A stretch of 64,000 nt of DNA from an uncultured delta proteobacterium. Its GTDB lineage: Bacteria; Bdellovibrionota; FAC87; UBA2466. The notes under the pieces were generated by a model, which was not told where the DNA came from, made no database searches, and saw nothing but the letters and a program-made list of their open reading frames with translations. Below, in pieces: positions 1 to 9,100 of this stretch. A program made the position numbers and the translations under genes. Numbering within the stretch: the stretch's first letter is position 1; each line of letters starts with the position of its first letter. The stretch covers positions 32,001-96,000 of the forward strand of contig CAVZSV010000001.1 in assembly GCA_963778115.1 (NCBI GenBank). The letters run 5' to 3'.

Positions 1-264
1 CCGAATACTCGGCAAGCGGGAACGATTGTGGGAATGAGAAACCTCGAAGAGATACGTTGCATGCCGTCGTTTCAAGACATCAACCTTAAAGTAAAAATAG
101 GCGACAGGATCGAAGTCACAACCGATCTCTTCACCTGCCCGGCTTATATCTTCCTGCTCCATGAAGACTCTAGAGTCTTAGAAGCCGACGTGAAGCGCAT
201 TCGAGAGATGGAGAAAACGGGCCTTTTCGAGTTAGAACAAAGAGCTGAACAACAGACTGCCTAG
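1..264 (+). CDS. C-terminal fragment of a probable ATP-grasp domain protein (5' end outside window)
   Basis: Frame is open from base 1. The tail 'TTDLFTCPAYIFLLHED...EADVKRIREME' resembles the C-terminus of ATP-grasp amino-acid-ligase-like proteins. Confidence 0.5.
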   Translation, partial: PNTRQAGTIVGMRNLEEIRCMPSFQDINLKVKIGDRIEVTTDLFTCPAYIFLLHEDSRVLEADVKRIREMEKTGLFELEQRAEQQTA

Positions 265-271
265 AAGCAGG

Positions 272-694
272 CTATTCAGTCTCGTAGACAATCGGAAACT
301 TCTTTCCTTTGCGAAGTAAGACGATCGTAATCACTTTTGCGTTCTTAATCTCTTGAACGGCTAAGATTGCTTGAATGGGATCAAAGAGTTTGACCTGATT
401 TACTTGGGTAAGCACATCCCCTTGGCGAATTCCTAAAAGATAAAAAGGCGAGCTCTTCTCAAGCGAGGTGACCTGGAACCCCGAAAACTTATTGTTCACC
501 AAATAGGGAACTGCCCGCGCGGTGTTCAAAGTAGCTTCGAGTTTTAAAAATGCCGGATCTAAAGCTTTCTTCTTATTAACGGTGAAATGCTTGTCGTTGT
601 GCCGAATTACACCGGGAATAACTTCGACGTCTTTGGCCAAGGAAGAAAGCCCCGGGAGAATAATCAAGAACAGAACGAATTTCGCAAAGCTCAT
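272..694 (-). CDS. Exported PDZ-domain protein resembling the C-terminal PDZ region of type II secretion GspC
   Basis: Likely start MSFAKFVLFL (ATG 694) with a signal-like segment. 'ARAVPY..GFQVTSL..SPFYLLGIRQGDVLTQVN..IVLLRKGK' is a GspC-like PDZ. Confidence 0.65.
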   Translation of the reverse strand: MSFAKFVLFLIILPGLSSLAKDVEVIPGVIRHNDKHFTVNKKKALDPAFLKLEATLNTARAVPYLVNNKFSGFQVTSLEKSSPFYLLGIRQGDVLTQVNQVKLFDPIQAILAVQEIKNAKVITIVLLRKGKKFPIVYETE

Positions 695-766
695 GAAACA
701 TGATCTAACACACTGCCGGCGCTTCGTAACCGTGATGTGAAGGGGGCATGTAACCATGCCCCCGAA

Positions 767-973
767 TCATTTCCCTTTTATTTTCTTGGCAAGCGCGCAA
801 AAATTGATGCTCCACCCAATTCCAAACTGTTTTGGGGGGAAGATGCGTGGTTCTTTGTCGTTCCAAACATCGGCAAAGATTTTTTCTCGATTCCATCGGT
901 AAGGAACCACCCACCAATACTTCACGTCATGATCTTGTTCATTTTTTTTCTTGGCCATTGGGCTATTCTCCAT
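767..973 (-). CDS. DUF5808-family small protein
   Basis: Motif 'WNDKEPRIFPPKQFGIGWSINF' matches the NP-DPR-FVPK-FG-GW-NF pattern. Confidence 0.65.
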   Translation of the reverse strand: MENSPMAKKKNEQDHDVKYWWVVPYRWNREKIFADVWNDKEPRIFPPKQFGIGWSINFCALAKKIKGK

Positions 974-1020
974 AAGGGTTAGGCAATTCTAGCATACCTC
1001 GTTGCGCCCTCCCCCCGTTT

Positions 1021-2706
1021 GTGGGTATGGTGCCCCCAATGAAGTACTTACTTCTCTTCAGCCTGTCTTTGGGTCTCGTAGCCTTCTCCCAACCCTTTCC
1101 TCATCCAATGGCCGTGACGTCCAAAGGGATGGTGGTCACATGCCAGCCGCTGGCCGCCGACATCGGAGTTAATATCCTTCGAAAAGGAGGAAACGCCGCG
1201 GATGCTTTCGTAGCCACGACATTGGCAGAATACGTGACCGCCCAAGGCTATACTTCGCTAAGCGGTCCTTTAAATCTTTTGTATTATGAAGCCAAGACCC
1301 GCCGATCTATCTATCTCAATGCCGGTTTTAATAAGGTTAGCGATCCCAAAGCTCAGTTTGATGTGAAAAATCCTATTGGCGGAAGATCCTTTGTCATTGG
1401 TGGAGCAGGGCGTGGACTAGAGTCTCTCTTTCAGAGGTATGGAAGCGGAAGGTTAGGTTTCAAAGAAGTGGTAAAGCCGTCGGTAGATCTGGCGATCCAA
1501 GGATTTAAATTGGATGACCTGTACGCTTGGGCTATCAAAACTCGCTCACCTTTATTTAAAAGTTCACAGGCATGGAACGCTCTTTATAACAAGAATGGAA
1601 AGCTTTTGGCCGCGGGCGATACGTTAATACAAACCGACTTGGCGAATACTCTTACTCATTTTGGAAACGAAGGGGCCGACTATTTATTCAAAGGACAATT
1701 CGCCCAGGACCTGGTCACCGTCATAGCGAGCCATGGAGGAAATCTTACCCTCCAGGATTTAGCTAACTACCAGGTATACTGGGCTCCCCCACTCCAAACA
1801 ACGTATCACGATTATGTGGTGCAATCGGGGTCCTACCGATCGGAAGGCGGCCTCTTTTTGCTCCTCGCGTTAAAGGCGATCGAGAACTTTCCCGATTTAG
1901 GCAAACAAAAACATTTTTCCCAAGACGAAGTGGTATTCGAAAAGGTGTTGCGGACCTTTTTATTTTCTCTAAGAACCGCCCTTCCCCATTTTTATCTCTT
2001 CGCCAAACGCCTTGACGATTTGTCCTCTCAAGAAGCGCTGCTCAATGGGACTAGCGCCAACGACTTGAGTCCCCAGCAGATTTGGAATGCGGCTACTAAC
2101 CCCAATCAGCCGGCGCCTTGGACGGGAGCGCGGGGCAATCACTCCTGCGATACCTTGGTCGTTGATAGAGAAGGAAATATCGTCGCTGGCAACCATACGA
2201 TTTCGTCTTTGGAATGGGGAGATTATGGACTATTGGCGGATGGAGTGAGTCTCAATAGTGCGTATGTGACTACGACGGACTCCCCTGCGGGAGAGCGTGC
2301 TATCGATACCCTGATCCCCGTTTTGATTTTTAAGGACAAAAAGCCGTGGGCGGCTGCGGGCTTTTTTGATAGCAGTCTCCAGGCAAGTGCCTTTGAGGTC
2401 CTTTTAAACCTGATGGACTACGGAATGAATCCCAATGATGCGATTTTTGCGCCGCGCTTCGGAACGACGATGCGATATACCCCTCTGACCATTCCTCTCG
2501 ATCCGCGTTTTCCTCAAAGTTGGGTCGCCGATTTTATTCCCAAGGGGATCCATCTGGATCAGCCGAAAAAGCCGGACGGCACTGTCAATCAAAAAGCTTA
2601 CGTGGACACCGGAGACGCCATGGTCATTCGAATCGATCAAAAGACTGGGCTGCGTTACGGAAGTCCGAGCGAAGTGTTATCGAGTGCCGTTGCGGAGGCG
2701 GAGTAA
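1021..2706 (+). CDS. Gamma-glutamyltransferase-family Ntn hydrolase, secreted, with divergent active site
   Basis: Signal peptide; 'GMVVTCQPLAADIGVNILRKGGNAADA', 'Q-DLANTL', 'GGNLTLQDLANY', 'VVDREGN', 'APRF'. Probable start ATG 1039. Confidence 0.85.
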   Translation: MGMVPPMKYLLLFSLSLGLVAFSQPFPHPMAVTSKGMVVTCQPLAADIGVNILRKGGNAADAFVATTLAEYVTAQGYTSLSGPLNLLYYEAKTRRSIYLNAGFNKVSDPKAQFDVKNPIGGRSFVIGGAGRGLESLFQRYGSGRLGFKEVVKPSVDLAIQGFKLDDLYAWAIKTRSPLFKSSQAWNALYNKNGKLLAAGDTLIQTDLANTLTHFGNEGADYLFKGQFAQDLVTVIASHGGNLTLQDLANYQVYWAPPLQTTYHDYVVQSGSYRSEGGLFLLLALKAIENFPDLGKQKHFSQDEVVFEKVLRTFLFSLRTALPHFYLFAKRLDDLSSQEALLNGTSANDLSPQQIWNAATNPNQPAPWTGARGNHSCDTLVVDREGNIVAGNHTISSLEWGDYGLLADGVSLNSAYVTTTDSPAGERAIDTLIPVLIFKDKKPWAAAGFFDSSLQASAFEVLLNLMDYGMNPNDAIFAPRFGTTMRYTPLTIPLDPRFPQSWVADFIPKGIHLDQPKKPDGTVNQKAYVDTGDAMVIRIDQKTGLRYGSPSEVLSSAVAEAE

Positions 2707-2722
2707 AAACGGCCCTTTCCTA

Positions 2723-3757
2723 TCATATCTCATCCCTTCGAATCCCCATGAACCGACGGCAGTCCTCCTCGGAGAACCGTTCAAATCCATAGCGGGCATA
2801 AAGATCGTGGGCGTCCGCGGTGGCTAGAATAATGCGACGCAATCCCTTAAGCCGTTCATCCGACATGACGAACTCCATTAATGCTTTCGACAGCCCCCTT
2901 CCTCTATATCCTTCCTCCACAAAAACATCTGCGAGATAAGCAAAAGTACAGCTATCGGTAACGACTCTAGCAAACGCAATCTGTTTGGTGCCGTGGTACA
3001 CTCCATAACAAAGAGAATTTTCGATGCTTTTTCTGACGGTTTCCAAAGTTCTATTCTTAGCCCAATAGCTTTTACGCATGAAGGCATGAACCGCATCGAC
3101 TTGCACAAGAGCCTTATCGCCACTGATAATAAACTCTCCAACAGCCCTGGCGTTGGTTTCAGGCCACATCAGATATCCCGTGGCGCGAGCCATTTCGCTC
3201 GAACTTTTCTGGAGCGCCCTTGCAGCTTGTTCTCTAACCTTTAGGTTTTGCTGCTGACTTAATTTGAATTTCCCATCGAAGCTAAGACTTCCGATTTCAA
3301 ATATTTTAATTTGACCCAGCATGAACTTCACACCTTCCGTATCCGCCGTCCACCCCTCTCCATACTTGCTCTCGTTAACCTCCACCAATTGCGTCATGAT
3401 TTGCCAACAACGGTTGGGATCGCTCACCAGCTTCGCAACTCCTTGCACATGAACCGCCGTGTAGTTCCACGTGGGAACGTTAGTCTTAGCTGGCGGATAC
3501 CAGGCGGGAGAGACATAGGCATGTGGGCCTTGAAACACCACCATTACTTCGGGAGTCCTCTCAAAAAGTTCCCAATGCGGGTTCGCTTTGGCCATATGAG
3601 AGACAAGTGACGTTCCTGTGTCATCAAGAAAAAAGGGAAGATGACTCACGATTGGGTTTCCCCGTTCCACTGAAATCAAAGTTGCAAATGCATTTTGCCG
3701 GATAAGCTCGTGGAGTATTTCCGGCCGCTGTTGGCTAAAATAAGATGGCTGGTACAT
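2723..3757 (-). CDS. PaiB-like FMN/heme-binding split-barrel domain fused to a GNAT N-acetyltransferase
   Basis: N-half 'MYQPSYF..SHLPF..SHMAKANPHW..VFQGPHAYVSPAWY..VPTWNYTAVHVQG..GKFKLSQ' is PaiB-like. C-half 'SYWA..FARVVTD..FAYLADVFVEEGYRGRGL..LYARYGF' is GNAT. No stop between them. Confidence 0.85.
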   Translation of the reverse strand: MYQPSYFSQQRPEILHELIRQNAFATLISVERGNPIVSHLPFFLDDTGTSLVSHMAKANPHWELFERTPEVMVVFQGPHAYVSPAWYPPAKTNVPTWNYTAVHVQGVAKLVSDPNRCWQIMTQLVEVNESKYGEGWTADTEGVKFMLGQIKIFEIGSLSFDGKFKLSQQQNLKVREQAARALQKSSSEMARATGYLMWPETNARAVGEFIISGDKALVQVDAVHAFMRKSYWAKNRTLETVRKSIENSLCYGVYHGTKQIAFARVVTDSCTFAYLADVFVEEGYRGRGLSKALMEFVMSDERLKGLRRIILATADAHDLYARYGFERFSEEDCRRFMGIRRDEI

Positions 3758-3864
3758 CGATATAAACCCCTTCCATCGTCTAGTCTCGGGCGTTTTGGGC
3801 TGAAAAGTAAAGTACGGGTTGAGGTGATTGGAAAACCCCTCTTTCCTGTGCTAATTTGGGCGCT

Positions 3865-4374
3865 ATGAAAAAAACGGAGCCGGGAAAAGAGTGCTATCAC
3901 TGTAGGCAGTGGGTGGCCGAGAAGGACAAAAAGAACCACGACTGTTGGAGCACCACCGAAGAAAAGCTTACCCAGGATCTTTCTGAAGATCTCATGGAAG
4001 CATGGCTTCGACTTAGAGAAACCGTCACCGCCTTTGGAGAACAGAGGGTTTACGCCTCTCACAAGTCTATTATGTTTTCACGCAGGCACTGCTACTTCTT
4101 TGTACGCCCCAAGAAATCGGCGCTAGAGATCTGCTTTTTCTTAGGAAAAACCGTGAAAAGCCCTTTGGTACGTAAATCCCAAGCGGCCTCAAAGGTAAAA
4201 GTAGGACATATCGTTCACGTCACTCACCGTGACGAAGTGGAACCTCCCCTCACCGAGTGGCTCAAAGAGGCTTATGAAGTCTCGGAAAATCTAAAAGCCG
4301 CTTCGGCCAAGAGACAAAAATCTCCGCCGCGAAAAAAAGGGCGCGTCAGCCCGGCAAACAGAGCAAGCAAGTAG
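3865..4374 (+). CDS. DUF5655-like domain protein with N-terminal CxxC
   Basis: 'FGEQRVYASHKSIMF..FFVRPKK..LEICF..HIVHV..EVEP.LTEWLKEAYE' pattern; N-terminal CYHC..HDC; basic tail. Confidence 0.6.
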   Translation: MKKTEPGKECYHCRQWVAEKDKKNHDCWSTTEEKLTQDLSEDLMEAWLRLRETVTAFGEQRVYASHKSIMFSRRHCYFFVRPKKSALEICFFLGKTVKSPLVRKSQAASKVKVGHIVHVTHRDEVEPPLTEWLKEAYEVSENLKAASAKRQKSPPRKKGRVSPANRASK

Positions 4375-4499
4375 CGCCTATAAGCCTGCCTTATTCTCAT
4401 GGTAAGCAAACCTAACCTTCCCTAATTAAGGAACCTATCCGAAAGTGAGATAGGGGATTCCAATCATTTTGCCCCGGAACCAATAATGAGGAGCGTCAC

Positions 4500-5657
4500 A
4501 TGAAACCATTTTTATCGCATTGCAGATTTTTCTTCGTAGCCATGATTCTCTTAGCCGGATCGAATTTAAGGGCGGAAAGCAGTTCCATCTCCACCGTTCA
4601 TTTGAACTCACCCACTGTTATCGGTGGAATTCCGGTCGCGGCAGGGGATATTCAGGTCTTTCTTCCTGCCTACGTCCTGCAGCATGGAGTTCTCTCGGCC
4701 GGCGCCACCATCCAAGGGCTAAATTTCACCACGGGGACGGAGCTGCTTTTTGCCGATCCAGGAGAGTTAGAAACCGCTAATTTACCAAATGGCCAAACCC
4801 AAACGATCGCAGGACAGCCTTTTCACGAATCCTCGCCGCTTAATTTTTCCTACGATCAGTACTGGCAGAAGTTTCAAGGCTCCCTGGTTTATCATCCCAA
4901 CGAAGTGGCGGGATTTCCAACCGTGGATCTCGCCAAGGATGTATTTGAAAACAATGTGCTAGCCAACTGCGAACGATACATCGATCCAACGGCAGCCAAC
5001 ACATACGGAGATTGGTTTTGCACCTACGGTGTGACTCTTTCTGAGCCTATTTCACAGACCCTAAGTACCGAGACTTTCACTTTACCCGAAGGAACCGCCA
5101 TCTCTTTTACGAAATGGGGAATTAGTTCTTTTACTTTTCCCTCTGACACCCTTCTTCTTGGTTTTCCCGTGGCAGGAGGAACTCCAGTTCAAGTGAATCG
5201 TTACACCACGGGAAGCCCTCAATCGATCTGGCGTTTGACCCTTGCGAATGACGTTACTTTTCAAGGGATTCCAATCTCAAGAACGGATGTAGTGGAACTC
5301 TTCGGAGCAGACAGTAACGGGGTTCCCGAATTAGCTTCTTGCACACCCATGCAAACCATCTCGCTCCCGGCAGACGGACAGCAGATTGAGCTCGCGGCGT
5401 TTAAGCAAGTTCAGCTCAATAGCGATGGTTCCCTGGCCTACGGAACTATCACTGGCCCCCAAGAGATCCAGGGGATTCTCTTTCCTGAAAACTCACTACT
5501 CTTTTTTCGAGGTGGAAACAATGGGACTCTGTACAGCGCAGGACTACAGACGGGGAGCTCGGTTATCATTAATGGAGTTTCTTACTTCGCTGAAGATGGC
5601 AAAACTCTATTTCTTGATTTCGATGAGACGGGAAAGGTAATTCAAGTCAGAGAATAA
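4500..5657 (+). CDS. Secreted protein with degenerate ~40-aa beta-rich repeats
   Basis: RBS GAGGAG and a signal peptide. Repeated L-x4-(T/E)(I/F)QG-x2-F-x2-GT-x-L-x-F-x3-G-x-L units, e.g. 'TIQGLNFTTGTELLF', 'TFQGIPI', 'EIQGILFPENSLLFF'. Confidence 0.65.
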   Translation: MKPFLSHCRFFFVAMILLAGSNLRAESSSISTVHLNSPTVIGGIPVAAGDIQVFLPAYVLQHGVLSAGATIQGLNFTTGTELLFADPGELETANLPNGQTQTIAGQPFHESSPLNFSYDQYWQKFQGSLVYHPNEVAGFPTVDLAKDVFENNVLANCERYIDPTAANTYGDWFCTYGVTLSEPISQTLSTETFTLPEGTAISFTKWGISSFTFPSDTLLLGFPVAGGTPVQVNRYTTGSPQSIWRLTLANDVTFQGIPISRTDVVELFGADSNGVPELASCTPMQTISLPADGQQIELAAFKQVQLNSDGSLAYGTITGPQEIQGILFPENSLLFFRGGNNGTLYSAGLQTGSSVIINGVSYFAEDGKTLFLDFDETGKVIQVRE

Positions 5658-5664
5658 CTTCTAA

Positions 5665-5698
5665 GTCCGAGCACTTTATCCTAATAGAGTGCTCGGAC
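5665..5698. terminator. Hairpin between convergent genes (probable bidirectional terminator)
   Basis: Perfect 11-bp inverted repeat GTCCGAGCACT...AGTGCTCGGAC between the stops at 5657 and 5700. Confidence 0.6.
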
Positions 5699-5699
5699 C

Positions 5700-5993
5700 T
5701 TATTCTTGCAGCCCACCATTCAGCCAATCTTGTATAACACTTATCTGATCCGCTGTTAGTTTAGTCCGGTTTCCCGGAGGCATTACCGGAGGAGTGGCAC
5801 CCACCTTACTCAACATGTCATTTACGATAGCCGTCTGGTCGGTCATGGTCTTTGAAGTGAAAGGAAAGTTACTCAGATCCAGATCGTTACCTGGGCTGTG
5901 ACACTCAATACAATTGGCGTCGAGAATCGGTTTCACATCCACGGTATAAGTAACCGCCAGAAGAAAAACTAAAATCGCTCCACGAGGTGACAT
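5700..5993 (-). CDS. Small monoheme cytochrome c
   Basis: CIECH heme motif; 'TY..DVKPIL', 'MPP..KLT..QI..I.DW..GG'; RBS GAGGAG. Confidence 0.8.
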   Translation of the reverse strand: MSPRGAILVFLLAVTYTVDVKPILDANCIECHSPGNDLDLSNFPFTSKTMTDQTAIVNDMLSKVGATPPVMPPGNRTKLTADQISVIQDWLNGGLQE

Positions 5994-6176
5994 AGAACTC
6001 CTCCCTTCTCTAAAAATGGTAGCACTTGGTTAGCATCCGAATGGAAAACAGCTCTTCTCACGTTAACAAGAGTGAAGAGCGTCTTGTTGAGAGAGGAAGA
6101 TGAAGCTAGGCGCGCAAGCAGGCAGGCGTCATTTTTTTGGCAGTACTTTTGGTAGGAGTGTGCGGTGCTTCAAGAA

Positions 6177-9100
6177 TTAAACTGGAGAAGTATCTCCTAA
6201 ACCCCTCTTCGTTCGCAAAGATACTACCGGTGGCTGGCCTCGATAAGTTCCGATAAGACGAAGAGCGCGTAAACGTTCCTCACTGATCTCTCGCTGCGCT
6301 CGAATCTCATTTCCTTCGAAGACAGCACTCACCGAGCCCTCCTCAAAGAGAATTCTTGTCTTAGCACCCGATGCAATTTTCGGCCCCTTAGTGACAATAC
6401 CGATCAAATTGAGAGGATCCGCACTTGAAATGACAGCGTAGCTTCCATGCCGTTTCCCTTGAGCCCGTTCTTCGCGAATCTTAATCAATTTTTCGAAAGT
6501 CTCGGTAAGGGCAAACTGCTCCCCGCTCACCCCTAGTATAAAGCGTCCCCCTCTGACTTCTCCTCTTGCTTCTAATTTTCGAAGTGCTCGAACCAAGTCC
6601 CCCCATGAGGGAGCCAAAGATTCTCTTTGCAAGAGATCCCGAAAAACAACCCCATAGCGAACCATCAGCTGCCAAGCCCACTTTTCAACAGTTTCTTCTC
6701 GTCGTAAGAAATCATTTTCGGCCTTTTTCAATACGGACCATCTTCCGCCCAGAGATCCCACTAAAGATCGCTTTTGAAATCTACGAGGCAGCCCCCTCGA
6801 TGCCCTGGTCTTTTCACTCTTGGAAGGAGAGATAATGTTTCTTAACGCGTGGAAGTGATCACAGGTAACAAGACCCTCCGCTGCTAATTCTCCTAGGGCC
6901 GCTTCCACTTGAGTCTGTAAGAGTCTAGTACGATCCTCAAGCTCATCGACGAATTGAGCTCCTCCGCTTTTTAGAGCGCTCCAAACACTGTCCGCATCCG
7001 CTGATAGCACTCTAGGATCTGCAGTTTCCACGTCAGCAAGCGCGATCCAGTTCCAGTCTCCTCTTAAAACGAAACTAAGCGGCATCGCGGAAGTTACCTT
7101 TTGAGATCTCCCAAGGGCACGCAGTCTTGCCTTTTTCGAAGTCAAACGTCCGAAAGCGACTAAGCCATGCGAAGTAAGTTGATCGAGCCAACTAGGATCG
7201 TACGACGCCAAACGACCTGGAAAAAGTTCCCGCTCCCACGAAAGTGCCGGGGACTCAAACCCTTGAAGTGTCTCCACTACCCTTAGGAGCGCTTCGGCAT
7301 CGTAAGTCTCTTGTTGAACTTGATCTGCCGATCCTAAATTTAACCCATGCGCCTCAAAAAGATATTCGAAGTAATCCTCAGTAGCCACAGGGCGAATACG
7401 CTCTCGAAGGTTTTCTACCGTAAGCCTATGAATTCTTCGAAGCAGCCCCCTCGAACACCAATGCGAATAGACGGTATTTTGCGGATTTAGCTTGCAGCGG
7501 AGAATTTCTCCTTTAGCTTCCGCGGCGGCTAGATGATTTTCAACGTTATCGATGCCAAAGAGTTCTACGAGCTCACTCTCTTCAGCTGGTCCACTGATAT
7601 CCAGCCAACCTTTCAGGATTTCCTGACAAGCCCTATCTCTAGGAATCAACGTAGCCGAAGCGTTCGGGACGGGCGTCGGTTGAGAAAACTGAATCGCCTC
7701 ATAGGCGGCTTTTAAAAGGGGAACCGATTCGGCTGCAACTAAGAACTTTAACGTATGTTGTCCGATTTTCACTTTTGCGTAAGCCGCTCTTTTTTCGTCG
7801 ATAAGTGCTTTCGTAAATTCATTTAACGAACAAAGGCGAGAGACGGGAAAGGCTGGTGTCACTACCAGAGTTTCATAGAGTTCGTCCGCAGTACGCGGAT
7901 CGGGCCAAGCTTCATCTTTAACCTGCTCAATGGCCCCAGGATCCATACGGGCTAAATCTTGTAAGTCTTGAACCGAAATCGCAGGCCGCATGGAAATCGA
8001 TCGGGTCCGCCTATCCTCAGCCGGAGCATCATCCAAATAGGCAAAGGGAAAGCTATTTACCAATTGATAGGCAAAGGGAGACGGCTCTCGGGTATCTTTG
8101 GCAATAAGCTTTACCTTTCCGTTGTCGATATCTCGAAAGAGCGATTTCAAACCCGTGATGTCCATGGCCTCCGTAAGACAATCATGGACCGTCTGAGTCA
8201 CCAGAGGGTGGTCGGGAAGCGCTATATCGACTACGCCGTTGGCGGCTCCATTTTCTGGACAAGCGGTCTGCGCTGGAAAAACCGCGGTTAAGAGATCTTC
8301 CGAGCGGAAGCGCTGTAATGCCGGAGGAGTTCTTTTGCCTTTTATCTGTCTAAGGACTGCCAAAGATCGAGTGATATTCCAACGCCACCTGGCGGCGAAC
8401 ATGGGAGCCTGCAGTAAAGCTTGGGTCAGGAAATGCTCGATATTGCCCTCATTTAGCATCTTAAAAAAGGATTCAAGCGCAAAGGCCTGCTGGGGTCCTA
8501 AAGAGAGCACGATACCGTCGTCATCGGCACTGGCCTGCAGCTCGAAATCGAATTGCCTGCAAAAGCGTTTTCTAAGCGCTAGTCCCCATCCGCGATTCAT
8601 TCTTGCCCCGTAAGAGGAGTGTATTACCAAGTGCATTCCCCCCACATCGTCGAAGAACCTTTCGAAGACTACCTTTTCACGTGAAGGGACGACTCCCAAA
8701 GCGGCCTTTTCGGCGGCTATATAATGAACCGCCTGCAGTAGCGGCCAATTTTCTCCTGCTTTATCCAGTCCCGTTTTCGACCGTAACCATTCCTTAGCCG
8801 TATCAAAGGGAGTGGTTGGCATCTTCTTGAGCTGCTCAATGGTTTCCAGAGTAAGGGTTTTTCCTTCGGCTAAGTTTTCCTCACTGAGGTTATCTCCAAT
8901 CTCCTTACGCAGCGAAGAAACCGCTTCGGAAAACTCTTTTGTCCGACCCGGGGCCTCTCCGAGCCAGAAGGGAATGGAAGGCGGCTGGCCCTGAGCATCT
9001 TCAACGACGACTTCTCCCCCTCGGACCCATTTAATTTTCCAGGAGTGCGTTCCCAGTACAAAGATATCACCTGCAAGACTTTCAATGGCGAAGTCTTCAT

